A stretch of DNA of 64,000 bases from Azolla caroliniana (GCA_043228905.1 JBHGNT010000014.1:7316001-7380000), one strand, 5' to 3'; shown: positions 11,742 through 23,400, counted from the first letter of the stretch. Notes: generated from the sequence alone by a model not told the origin. A program made the numbers and translations.

Positions 11742-13868
11742 ATGAGGGGGTCGGATCTCGCAGAGGCCATGGCTTCGGCCGTGGATCGGATCGTAAACGC
11801 GCGCGAGGGTACCGGTGCCCTCGACAGAGCTATTGAGGCGGTCGTCGGCACGATCGGCCGGTTCGATGGGAGGGATGCCACGAAGTATCTGGCGTCCTAC
11901 GGTGCAGAAATGTTGATGCGGGACATTCCGGAAGAAAGGCGTCTTGCCGGTTTTCCCCGAGTGGCAATGCCGAGCATCCATGCGGAGGTGCTCGAGGTGC
12001 GGGCGGAGAGCCGTACCTGGGAGGAGTTCGAAGGTCGGCTCCTAGAGAAATACGGGCTGGACGACGCGCTCCGGCTTTCGAAGCGAAGGTTCATGGAATG
12101 GGTGGAGTCCCCGGGGAAGGGAAGAAACGCGTCGGCACTCCTCCGGGAGTTCGAGGAAAACTTTGCGCGCCTTTCGGCGCTCGACCGAACCATCCTGGAC
12201 ACGAGCCGGGTCTTGCTGTTTGTCAAGTCGGTCGACGAGCGGGATCGGGAGCAAGTGGGCCTCTTGCTGGAAACCGAAGACGGGCTCACTACCGACTGGG
12301 CGGCTGTCAAGAAGGTCTGTGGCCGTTTCGACAAACGGCGAGAATGGGCGGATAACGGGGCGACCGGGTCGGGCTCGGTCGCAGCAAGGAAGCTCGAACC
12401 AGCGCCACAGGTGCGCAAGGAAGAGACCCGGGAGTGGTTGGAAACCGGTTCGGCTTCGACCGGCGTAGTCAGAGGCTCAACCGGAGGAGCGGCGCTGGAG
12501 GAATTGACGAAGGCGATAAAGGACCTCCAAATCGCGCAGGCCCGAAGGGAAGGAGGCGAACCGGCTCGTGACCGACGGCCGGCGGCAGGAAACAGGTGCA
12601 TGTGGTGCGATGAAGTCGGCCACGTTCGGAAGGACTGCGGCGACTTCGCGGAGGCGCTGAGGGACCGGGTGGTGTACCTGTGGGAAGGACGGGTGCATGC
12701 CAGCGACACCCGAAGGGCCCTGAGCCGAAACGACGGAAAAGGTGGTATGAAAAGGTTGATGGAAGAGGCGGCGGCCCGACACGCGGAAACCGTCCACTAC
12801 TCGGCGTCGGCCGGCATTCGAGTCGGGGGCGGCGAGGCCCGAAAGGAAAGCAAAGCCGGATTCTGGCCGACGATGCTGGAAGGCCTTGCCGCTGCAGGGC
12901 TTAAAAGGGAGGAATCGGACCGTGCGGAGAAACGGGTACGGGAGATGACCGGGTGGAGCGACCCGGTCGAGGAAAGGACGGGCTTCGTGGAAGCCGCTTG
13001 CCGGAACTACGAGGCTCTGGTAGAAGAGAAGCGGGTGGGAAAACCCGGGACGACCGGGCCCTCACAACGATACGAGACCCGGTCCGGGCCACGACGGGAC
13101 GAAGCCGGCAAGGCCGGTACGCAAGATAAACCCCAGAAGGGCGGGTACCGTCTGGGGACGGAGATAGAAAGAACCACGGACTTACGAAAGGTCCTGGAGG
13201 AACGGATCCTCGACAGCAAGGTGGAGCTGTCGCTACGGGAGGTGCTTGGAATCGCCAAGAAGGAGTTCCACGACTCCATCGTGGACTTGGTGAAACGGAA
13301 GAGGCTGTCAACGGAGACAGAACCGGAAAGACCGGTGGAAGTGCGGACGACGCACCTAGACGACATGGCGCTGGGAGACGAGTGGGCGGAAAGCCACTAT
13401 TCGAGACCGCACTGGGCCCGAGCGACCACGGAAACCCCGGTGAAGATCGGCGATGTCCAGGAACCGGTGATAGCTTTGGTGGACCACGGATCGGAGATCA
13501 ATTTGATGTCCATGGACTTCTATAAGAAGGGCAAATGGCCGATCAACACCAAGCACGGGTGGAAAATAAGGGCAGCAACGCGCGCCACCGAGGAACTGCA
13601 CGGGGCCTGTCCGAATGTGCGAGTCAAGATCGGCGACGTCGAGATTGACCAGCACTTCTTCGTGCAGGAGACGTCTTCACATCCGGTCATACTGGGAGAG
13701 CCGTATATCACGGCGGCGCGAATGGAGACCAAGGTGCTGGACAATGGTTCGGCCTATGCGCGGGTCAAGAGCCAGGACGGGCGCCATTCGGTCCAGTTTT
13801 TGACGGTTAGGCCGAACCACGAGCGTAACCGCGACTCCCTCGGTTCCGATAACCGAGAGGATTTTTAG
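11742..13868 (+). CDS. gag-pro: Gypsy Gag-protease polyprotein
   Basis: Open frame with first ATG at 11742. CCHC knuckle CMWCDEVGHVRKDC and aspartic protease ALVDHGSEINL...ILGEPY. Ends G GAT TTT TAG. Confidence 0.9.
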   Translation: MRGSDLAEAMASAVDRIVNAREGTGALDRAIEAVVGTIGRFDGRDATKYLASYGAEMLMRDIPEERRLAGFPRVAMPSIHAEVLEVRAESRTWEEFEGRLLEKYGLDDALRLSKRRFMEWVESPGKGRNASALLREFEENFARLSALDRTILDTSRVLLFVKSVDERDREQVGLLLETEDGLTTDWAAVKKVCGRFDKRREWADNGATGSGSVAARKLEPAPQVRKEETREWLETGSASTGVVRGSTGGAALEELTKAIKDLQIAQARREGGEPARDRRPAAGNRCMWCDEVGHVRKDCGDFAEALRDRVVYLWEGRVHASDTRRALSRNDGKGGMKRLMEEAAARHAETVHYSASAGIRVGGGEARKESKAGFWPTMLEGLAAAGLKREESDRAEKRVREMTGWSDPVEERTGFVEAACRNYEALVEEKRVGKPGTTGPSQRYETRSGPRRDEAGKAGTQDKPQKGGYRLGTEIERTTDLRKVLEERILDSKVELSLREVLGIAKKEFHDSIVDLVKRKRLSTETEPERPVEVRTTHLDDMALGDEWAESHYSRPHWARATTETPVKIGDVQEPVIALVDHGSEINLMSMDFYKKGKWPINTKHGWKIRAATRATEELHGACPNVRVKIGDVEIDQHFFVQETSSHPVILGEPYITAARMETKVLDNGSAYARVKSQDGRHSVQFLTVRPNHERNRDSLGSDNREDF

Positions 13869-16800
13869 AGAGGGCTGCCAAGGCGTGGGGCCGCGACAGT
13901 CCGGACACCCCGGGAAAACCCCACACCTGTACGATAAAACCGAAGAAACCTTGTACCACAGGTAGGGAATTTCTGTTCTCCGACAGCGGAGCGTGTACGA
14001 TAGTCGGCATCGGCGGCCGAGAGAAGACAAAGGCGGAGGGGAGACTTCGAGTGTGCGGAGTTCTCGGCCCGGACGAGGAAATCAACGGGGCCGTGGAGGC
14101 GGTCTCACTCGACGACACCTTGGGAATGCTGGGGAAGGTAGTCGAAGAAGGCCTTAACGAAGACCGGACGATACCGGTGTGTTCCGAGGAGATGTACGAA
14201 GTCATCGCGGACTTCGGTCGAGGGCTCGAGTCAGTTCGGACGGCCCACGTGAACACCAAGTACAAGACTGTGGACCGGAAGGTAAGGCCAGTAGCGGCAC
14301 CCTTACCGGAGGACAGCGCGTCGAGAATCAAAGGGGTTGCATCAGACCCTAGTCTACGAGATCCGGCCTGCATAGGGCACACCTTCACTGACGAGACGCT
14401 CCGAGAGCTCAAAATCGGTGGGGGCGGGTTCCTACTGCCGGCGGAGGAAGACCGGTTTCGGAGAATGCTCGGAAGGCACGGGAAAGCCTTCGCATTCTCG
14501 CCGGAGGAAATCGGGTGCGTTGACCCGACGATCGTGGAGCCGATGGTGATATTCACGGTACCGCATGTACCATGAAATCTCAAGCCAATCCCGGTTCCGA
14601 GAGCTCACATCCCGAAGTTGATGGAGCTGCTGAGGCAGAAAGTTGATATGGGAATTCTCGAGCCGTCGAGCGCCCCATATTCGAATCGATGGTTTACCGT
14701 ACCGAAGAAAAACGGTTCACTGCGCTTCATCCAGGACCTGCAGCCGGTCAATCGAGTGACCATTCGGAACGCAGGAATCGGACCGACCATAGACGAGTTC
14801 GCGGAGGCCTTCGCCGGAAGGTCAATTTATTCGGTCGGGGATCTATACTCAGGGTACGACCAGTTCCAGCTGGCCGTGGAGAGCAGAGACATTACGACGA
14901 TGCGAACTCCCCTCGGCCTAGTTCGGATGTGTACACTGCCGCAAGGAGGGACCAACTCGGTGGCCCACATGGTGAATGCGATGAACAAGGTTCTGAGGGA
15001 CTGTATCCCGGACATCACCATGCCGTTTCTGGACGACATCCCGATCAAGGGATGCCCGGTGGAAGAAAAGGACGAGACGATCGGGCCGGACGGATGCCGG
15101 CGATTCGTGGCGACGCACATCGACGACTGCGAGAAGGTGCTGCAAAGGCTAGAGGATGCGAGACTCACCTTCTCCGGGGAGAAGTCGGCCTTCGGGCAGT
15201 CAGAAATCATGGTGGTCGGACACCTGTGCGGACCATATGGCCGGAAACCGTCTCCGGCAAAGGTAGAAGCCATCTCCGCGATGAAGCCCGACTGCAGCTC
15301 GGTCACGGAAGTACGGAGATTCCTGGGGGCATGCGCGTTCTACCACATGTGGATCCCGCATTACGCACACGTCGCGGAGCCACTGTACGGGTTGCTGAAA
15401 AAGGGGCGAAGGTTCGAATGGCTAGACAAGCACGCGGAATCGGTCCGGAAGCTGAAAGAGGCCCTTGCAGCGGCACCGGCAATCCGGAAGGCGGTTTACG
15501 GGAAGGGTACCCCGGTATTCATAACGGTGGATACCAGTCCGACCGGGATCGGATGGGTCGTGAACCAGGAAGACGAGGACGGCAATCGGTTTCCGATCCG
15601 ATTCGGCGCGAAAGTCCTCAGTGAACGGCAGCGAGGATACGCCCAGGTTAAACGCGAACTCTGGGGTATTGTTTCGGCGGTTAAGGCCGACAAAGACTAC
15701 CTGATAGGGACGGAAGTGATCATCGAGACGGATTGCCTGCCGATTCTCGGTATGGTTTCCGGATGCGCGACTCCGGACCTGGCGATGCTCAGGTGGATAG
15801 CGTACATCAAGTCCCTGGACCCGGAAATACGACACATTTCCGGGAAAGACAACGCCATGGCCGACATGCTTTCGAGGGCGAGGTTCGACGACGAGGGCGG
15901 CATGGTTTCGGAAGACGAAGAAGTCGGCGTGGATTTCTTCGAGGCGGCATACATAACGACCGACGGGATGAGCACTCCGGCGCTTAACGAGTTCGACGCG
16001 AGCAAGTACGACGGGGAGTGGCTGCAGATCGGCGGGTTTTTGAAGACAATGACGCCCGATGCGTCATGGACGAAGGACGAGGCCAACCGGATCCGGAAGA
16101 AAGCGTATCGATTCTTTCTCCGAGATGGGCATCTATGGAAGCACCCGAAGAAGAGGGACGGCGTCCCGCTCCGAGTGGTGGCGATGAAGGAAGTACAGGA
16201 GGAGCTACTGGCGGCCTACCACGACAGCCCTTGGGCTGGACACCGTGGAACGTGGGCGACGTTTGAGAAGCTGAAGGGGAAGTACTGGTGGCCGGGATTG
16301 TACCGGGACGTGCATCGGTTCGTGTCAACTTGCGAGAGTTGTCAGATGCACTCGATAGTCCGACACCGGGACGGGCTTCACCCTACGTACCCTCCGACTA
16401 TCCACTTCAAATGGATGGTAGATCTGGTGACGATGCCGATGGGGGTAGGACAGATGCGGTATCTGGTCCTAGCGCGGGAAGACCTGACGAACCAGGTGGA
16501 AGGCCGAGCCCTTCAGAACAAGACGACCGCGGCCGTGTGTCGGTTCCTAGTCGAGGACGTGATATGCCGGTACGGGTGCGTCGGGAAGATCGTGGCTGAC
16601 CGAGGGGAGTTGGACGCCGAAGAGGCCGCGGAGCTGTTCGACCGGCTTGGGGTCAAGCTCTCGCTCACCACTGCGTACAATCCGGAGGCGAATGGAAAGG
16701 TGGAGCGCGGACACGGACCGATCGTCAAGGCGTTGATTCGGGCATGCGGAGGCCGAGTCGGTAACTGGCCGCAGCTGCTACCTTATGCTTTGTGGGCAGA

Positions 16801-17356
16801 CCGGACCACGCACAGTTCGGTAACCGGGTACATGCCGACGGAGCTCATGTTCGGCCAGAAGCCGATCATGCCGATTGAACGGACGATCTCCTCGTGGGCA
16901 ACGGTCGACTGGAGGGACGAGATGAGCCGGGAGGAGTTGTTGGCCGCACGTATACGACAGCTCGAGCGGAGACCGGAGGACGTGGCACTGGCTACGGAGA
17001 AGCTCCGGGTGGCGAGGACAAAGAACAAAGCCCGGTTTGACCGAACGCACCGGCTACGACCGAAGAGAATCGACGAAGGTGACTGGGTGCTCGTCTACGA
17101 CAGCAGCCTCGACAACCAGCACCGAGCAACAAGGAAGTTCGCACGGAGATGGTTCGGGCCGTACACGGTACAGAGCGCCAACGACAACGGGACGTATCAT
17201 CTGGCGGAACTCGACGGTACGAGAATAGCGATACCCGTGGCCGGGAAGAGGATCAAAGCTTTCAAGAAGCGGCACGACGACGAACCCGACCCGATTCTCC
17301 TGGACAGCAGCGACGACCGATCCGAGGCCGAGGAAGGGCCGGCAGGCGAAGAGTAA
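13862..17356 (+). CDS. pol: Gypsy Pol (RT-RNaseH-integrase) in the -1 frame, with one in-frame TGA at 14573-14575
   Basis: The -1 frame is open from the slippery site to 14572, then from 14576 to 17356. RT motifs LPQG and PFLDD; RNaseH TVDTS...ETDC; integrase HHCC and DDE; WFGPY motif. No chromodomain. Confidence 0.88.
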
Positions 17357-18764
17357 AGGCGGGCCGGTTTTCTCCGTGCCAACTTAATTTGGCGCATGCC
17401 GGTGGATGCGCGGTTAGGTGGGGGCGGATGTCGTGAAGAAAACCGCCCACAAGAGGAATCGGAGGACAAGGCGTGGGAAACGACTCTACACACACACGCG
17501 CGCCAAGAAGTACCTAAGGACGAAGTAGGTACATACGAGGATCCTAGGTGGGTAGATTCGGTTGGTATGCAGTTAATGCCAAACGGCCTCTTGACGGGCA
17601 ATAAAAGGAAGAGGAAGAATAGAAGTGGGCATCTCCCGCGGAGAGGACGAAGTGCTGCCGAACCGATTTCGGAGCTTCTCTCTCTCTCCCGCTCTCTCTG
17701 TCTTCTGCTCCATCGCGTACCTGTGCAGGTTTCGAGGAGGCTTGCGCTGTTCCGTGGAACGCCCGAGTGCGTCCTGCAGCACCTCCGACCTGTTTCCCCT
17801 TTCTGTGCGTCGCGACATACAGGGGTCGGCATCTGTTCGCCGCCCTGTTCGTTTTCGTTAGTATCTATTTCGTGCCCCACTGAGGGTTGTAGTACTTTAG
17901 TCTGTTATTTTCTTGCATTCATAAGTACATATCTTTCGTTGTTGCGTCCATCTGCGTCGGCGTTTATTTGTGTTCTCTGTTTGTTGGGCCGTGTCCCTGT
18001 GTAATCGTCGGTTCTGCGCAATCGGAACTTCGGTTCTGTGTAATCGGGGTCTCTCTCTCTTATCTCTCTCTCTCTTGTTCTTCGGTTCAAGACCCCCGTG
18101 GTCCCTCCTCCTTTCTACACGCAAGGGCGTAGCAACCCCGACAACGTAAAAGCTATATATTCAAAACAATATATTCACTTTGTGCATACAACTGTGCTCA
18201 GTAGCACTATTTATACAAGTCCTCGTGAGACTGACAGAAGTACCGCGTACTTCAATGCTCACATGAGCATCTGACACTTACTATGAGACTATAACTACCT
18301 AGTAGTCTAAACTAATACTAGGCTTCCGGTTACCGATTGGATCCGGCTAACTGGCTCCCCAGCTCACCGGCTCTGTTGCTTGCCGGCTAGGTCGCTCACC
18401 GGCTTACCAATCCGTCTCGCTCACCGGCTCAGGCTTATCCAGCCGATCCGGCTCCAGTTGAGCTTGCCGCTCAACAGGAAGGGTCAACATCAGCGATGAG
18501 GAATAGTCTGAGCAGGCACAACCACAGTCACAACCTGAGCCACAATTGCAGTTGCAGTCGGAAGGAGCCAGAAATGAGGAGGCCAAAATGAGAGTCAGAG
18601 CAAAGCAACAACAACAACCATAGTCGGAGCAACATCAACAACAACAAATGGATGAAGAACCACTCGAACCCTTGGATCAAAGCATATTGGACATACTCGA
18701 CGAAGAGAGAAGGAGCTAACACGTGGGTTCGACGTGCAATGCACTGTCCCACGGGCGTGCCACG

Positions 18765-18975
18765 TGTTGGCCTAGAGTATAATCCGGAGAGTTAATGTGG
18801 GCAAGGATGAGTCGGAGAAGAATATTATAATTAGAAGCATAATTAGTAGTTAGGAAATATTATAGGATCGAAATCGGATAGCCCTAAAAAATCCATCCCT
18901 TAACCACCCCTTTGGTGAAGTGTTCCGGAACGAACACCCGTGTGTTTGAGGCTAAGTCCAGCCCAGAGTAAACAA
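18765..18975 (+). mobile_element. Truncated gypsy-type 3' LTR
   Basis: TGTTGGCC start, as in the LTRs at 516 and 36948 on the minus strand. Preceded by the tRNA-Arg mimic at 18723-18762. Right boundary uncertain. Confidence 0.5.
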
Positions 18976-20720
18976 AATTCACATTTCGTGTGCACCATTT
19001 AGCATTATATTATATTTAGTGTCCAAACAGGAGTTGACAGGAAAACTAGCCTGATGGACATTGTTGTTGCAAGAGTTCGAATTCGACATACTTCATCGGT
19101 CAGGGGTACAACATGCGGTTGCTGACTATTTTAGAGTCGACACTATTGCAACCACGGACATGGATGAAGATCAAGTAGATTTATGGATCACTGAAATGAC
19201 AATTTTTCTGAGTATAGGTCTACCACTAGAGGGCATGCCACTAGATGAAAGAAAAAGGTTAAGTGTAAGAAGTCGGAACTTCTATCTCCTGAATGACACA
19301 TTATACCATAAAGGAGCCGACGGCATATGGCGGCAGACGGTTCGACATTACAAGAAAGAAGCAGTTCTGCATGAGGCCTATGCAAAATTGCTAGTGGTCA
19401 TGATGCAAGAGAAACGATGGGAAAGAAAATTTGGAATAGCAGCCTGTGGTGGCCGACTACCTCAAAAGACGCAATTGGCTATTGTCGATAGTGCAGTTTA
19501 TGCCAGCGGATTGGACAACCCACCGAAAAAGATAGGATGCCGCATCAGTCGGTATTACCTTTGGAGCCATTTAAAAAATGGGGTCTCGACTTTGTCGGAC
19601 CTCTCAAACCAATAGCTGCATGAACGGGAAATCGCTATATTATAGTTGCCACAAACTACTGTACCAAGTAGGTTGAAGCCAAAGCACTTAGGGATAACAC
19701 AGCGACATCCACATTATGAGTCCATATGGTATTGATTTGGTTGCCCAATGGAACTGGTAAGTGATGAGGGTACTCATCTTGTACATGAGCTGGCGTTTGT
19801 GGACCGACACTGAAAACAAAAGGAAAAGATATTTGAAATCGGAAAACCAATGTTGGTGTTTCAAACAAAGATGGATTTGATGCCAGGTAAACTTCAATTT
19901 CGGTGGACAGGACCATTTTGGATAATCAACAACAAAAATGGTACATATCAAGTCCGAAAGTTGGCAAGAGAAATTCTGCCAAAATGGATGAATGGATTTC
20001 GACTCAAGCCTTATCAAGGACCAATGCCAGAAAACCAGTTTAGTGTCGAAGTCGATCACGTAGTAACGTGGCAAGGGGACAAAAGTGTAAAAGAAAATAA
20101 AAAAATTGATCTTGGCAAATATATAACAGAAAAGATTCCTGTTATGATGATTTCTTGACATTGTCCTTTTAAAACTATAAATAGACAGACTCACAAATCA
20201 TTTAGTATTCATTACGAGTGGTGGGTATTAAAAGTATTATTACTATATTCGTACTATGACTACCATTAATAGCAAGTTTTCATTAATTACTCGGAAAATG
20301 TCCCAAATTTTCTCCAAAATTAGCTCTTCTCCATTTTCTGTCACACAACAACACAGACATCTTTGAGCACCCAGAGCACAAAACTTTCAAGCTTCTTTCT
20401 CTCTATCGCTTTTCTCCATCACTCACCAATCGCGCCAATACCACGAAAGATGACACCATGTCGAGTCCGGTATCTGACAGGCTTCGTAACTAGTTGCACA
20501 ACAAGGGACTGCAAGGATATCTTAGGTTTGTAGATGTCGAACCCCATCCCCGCGTTGCAAAAATTATGAATCAAATCGACGTCCTCAAAATCACCAACAA
20601 ATAGATACGTCGATTGATGAATCTTAAAAGGGAAGAGTTCGATGGTATGGAGCCATTGAAACCAGAAGTGCAAGGTTGTATTTCGGTGAATATTCGCCAT
20701 CGGCCAAAGCTTATTCTGGA
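18976..20720 (+). mobile_element. Degenerate Ty3/gypsy RNaseH-integrase fragment plus downstream region
   Basis: LLLQEFEFDILHRSGVQHAVADY, LEPFKKWGLDFVGP and KLQFRWTGPFWI, with frameshifts and deletions. Confidence 0.8.
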
Positions 20721-22019
20721 ATAGAGGGAAGCATTGCAGAATCTAATCAACTGGATAGTCCGACGTCCCTCCGAATGAGTGAACCGAATCCATACTGGTT
20801 GAGCCAGAGCGGTCAACCGGATGACGAGCCGACGACTAGTGAAGACTCGGTCGTGCTCTCCCCGCGTAAGGAACCGAGGAGACGGTTCATGCTTAAAGAG
20901 AAACAGAAGAAGAAGATGCCGGAGTACGACACAAACAAGGACGAGTCGGATCGGAGCGAATCCAACTCCGGAAAGAACAAAGACGGATCTTTAGAAGAGA
21001 AGTCTGAGTCGTCCAAGAGGGCCATCAAATCGGCAGAGCAAAAATTGCGTTAACCTAGCCCAGAAGCACCTCATAGTTCGGTACAGATATAACAAGTATA
21101 TGGTGCATCATTATGCGTACATAGTGAAGGTGGCAACCATGCAGGAGCCGGAGATCTACGCTGATGTAGCTAAGGATCCGAACTGCTAGAAGGCCATGGA
21201 GGAAGAGATGCATGCACTGATGTAAAATGAGATGTGGGACTTGTAAAAGGAGTGAAGCCGATTAGTTATCGATGGGTGTATAAAGTCAAATATAATACTC
21301 ATGGCTTGGTAAACTGGTACAAGTCCCGATTGGTGGCCAAGGGCTACACGCAGTAGCACCAAGCGAAGGGTCGAGAAGAGGACGAATCAGGGACAACTGA
21401 TTCGGTCAAGAGTCAAAGTGAATCGGAAGCGATTCAATCAAAATGTTGGATTCGGAAGAGCCGAGTCGATTAGCCAAGTAGACAAGGAGGCAATCGAAGC
21501 CGACACCAGCACAGATGAGCTGAGGGGTTGAGGGGCGACAACACCGCAAGAACGACGAAGCTAACTTCGGCTAAGGGAGCAGACAAGCCGACCGAGAAGG
21601 TCAAGGTGCGCGAGCAAGAGGTAGGGACATCAAAAGAAGCCGACAATAGGGATCGGCAAAGATAGACACAACGATCCAACCTCAAGTTGAGCTTGAGGGG
21701 AGTGTTGAGCGGACAAGCTCAACCGGATCCGAATCGGTATCCGGAACCAGTTACCGGATCGGATTGTAACCGGTAGGCCATTAGACGCCTACGACTAACT
21801 ACTTTAGCTAGTCCATTCAGGACTTGTATAAATAATGTTGTCAAGCACAGTTGTATGTACAGAGTATGGTGATTATTTTGAATTTGAGTTTACTGTTCTG
21901 CTCTCTCTATCTCTCCCACTTACTGTGTATTCAAGCTCTCCATTAAAGCTTCATCTCTATATTCTAGTGTTATCCGGCTCAACCGGTTTTTTCTACGCTT
22001 CCACACTTTCACTTTTACA
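20721..22019 (+). mobile_element. 3' fragment of a copia B-family element with its 3' LTR
   Basis: SPRKEPRRRFMLKEK linker and start of RT, then a large deletion. PPT GCTTGAGGGGAG and LTR 21703-22019 (TGTTGAG...TTTACA). Confidence 0.85.
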
Positions 22020-22485
22020 CTACTAAATGTATTTTTACAAGGCATGCATGTCCAATGTCCTTTGGCAGCCTTTGGAAGTGCAATAAACAACTCTTCTTCT
22101 AATCCATGACATCTATAATCATGCACACATATCTTTCAGGTGATTGAAGCGCTTTTTTTCGATGATCCATAGCTTTAGAACATTCTAATGCTTGACTTTC
22201 ACGATGTTCTTTCAATAGATTCTTGTAATTCTTTATTTCTTCATGTGATCTCCCACCCTTTGCCATATTTTTAAACCTCCACATATTGAACACGCACCCA
22301 TCCTAACCTTACGCGGTAAATTGTAACCACATTGTTAAATTGCAACCTCCATAATCGATAAAACTGTCATTACACCATCTAACAACATGTTTGTGAAAGA
22401 TTATGTGCGGAAGCGTTAGACAAACCGGCCTTGCCAGATAGCAGCAACAAAGAGAGAGAGAGAGATTAACACACAGAGTGTACGC

Positions 22486-22536
<51 letters not shown>

Positions 22537-23400
22537 CGTTCAAAATCTATTACAAAACCATAATAGTTCTCTGTACATAAACCGTGCTCAACAACACTAT
22601 TTATACAAGTCCTTAAGAGGACTGACAGAAGTACCGCGTACTTCTATGCTCACTCGAGCGTCTGACACTAACTACGAGACTATTAACTACCTAGTAGTCT
22701 AGGCTACTACTAGGCTTTCGATTACTGTTTGATCCAGCTAACCGATCCAGCTTCATCCTTCTGGATGCCGATCTGGCTCAGGCTTATTCAACCGATCCGG
22801 ATCCGGTTGAGCTTGCCGCTCAACAATGTCATCCTTATATGCTTGGTAAACCTCACAACAAGTGAAGTTATCAGACAAATGTAATCTTCCAGTAGTAGGC
22901 ATAATATCACATTGCTTTCAGAAATATATCTCCATCCACCTAATAGCATGGCGCCCAATCAGACCCTCTAGATGCATTCTTGTCAAAAGGTACCCACGAT
23001 CCCTTTACTAGTCATAGTTAAACTCTTTGGAGCCTTATGTTAACAATGCTATGAGCAATTTTGAAAGCAACTCGAGAACACTTAGTACTCAATCCAAGGA
23101 AATATTCAACATGCGTCAAATTAGCCCTTGCGATGTGATCCTTTACAAGCTGCATATGTGAAATAAGGAAAGTATCTTATTCCTCACCATTAAGTGATAA
23201 ATACTTTTGTCGGGTTCCCCTTAACTTTGCATTTAGATTTTTAGAAAGAATTTTAGCTCAGAGAAATATAGTTGGTTTGTTTTTTCATGTATTATTGCAT
23301 TTATTTTAAGTTTTTTTCACAATTTCGTTAGGAAATTCATGTTTTATTCTCTTATGTATTTTCCAGTGAGCCTCGTCAGAAGGTGCCAACATTTAAATTG
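22020..23400 (-). pseudogene. Decayed DDE-type DNA transposase (IIDGMDQ-type; DUF7869/Sola-like by resemblance), N-terminal half, interrupted by a solo LTR
   Basis: Minus-strand translation: RWMEIYF.KQCDIMPTTGRLHL..., FYRLWRLQF..RMGACSICGGL...HRESQ...HRKKALQSPERYVCMIIDVMD*KKSCLLHFQRLPKD...KIHLV. Cut at 22019 by the copia LTR. Family assigned from motif memory only. Confidence 0.65.
22392..22825 (-). mobile_element. Solo LTR of the copia B/C family, containing an (AG)n microsatellite at about 22488-22532
   Basis: Homologous to LTRs 6150-6563 and 28320-28737. TSD atgtt/atgtc. Confidence 0.9.

Larger units (their letters stand above)
10984..18143 (+). mobile_element. Young, nearly intact non-chromovirus Ty3/gypsy LTR retrotransposon (7160 bp, GC-rich)
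   Basis: 715-bp LTRs at 10984-11698 and 17429-18143 (TGTCG...CGACA) with one visible mismatch. 4-bp TSD ACGT. PBS at 11702-11719 and PPT GGTGGGGGCGGA just before 17429. Confidence 0.97.
6150..18476 (-). mobile_element. Ty1/copia element B with two LTRs and a gag deletion; its 5' LTR is interrupted by the gypsy element
   Basis: Perfect TSD GGAAG at 6145-6149 and 18477-18481. 3' LTR 6150-6563; 5' LTR 10897-10983 plus 18148-18476. PBS TGGTATTAGAGC at 10885-10896; PPT at 6564-6576. Confidence 0.95.
4836..18720 (+). pseudogene. Degenerate extra ORF (coiled-coil) of a gypsy element, split by copia B (pieces 4836-6149 and 18482-18720)
   Basis: ORF fragments 4872-5198 (FEGLQVDWAVIVADWL) and 5398-5985 (E/K/Q-rich coiled coil). 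Continues across the GGAAG TSD into a Q/P-rich tail that reads toward the LTR at 18765. Confidence 0.5.

Noticed and set aside
11897-17275. Many long antisense and alternate-frame ORFs over the gypsy element, e.g. 11897-12709, 13807-14583 and 14689-15624
   Set aside because: Expected shadows of a GC-rich coding strand; no recognisable motifs.
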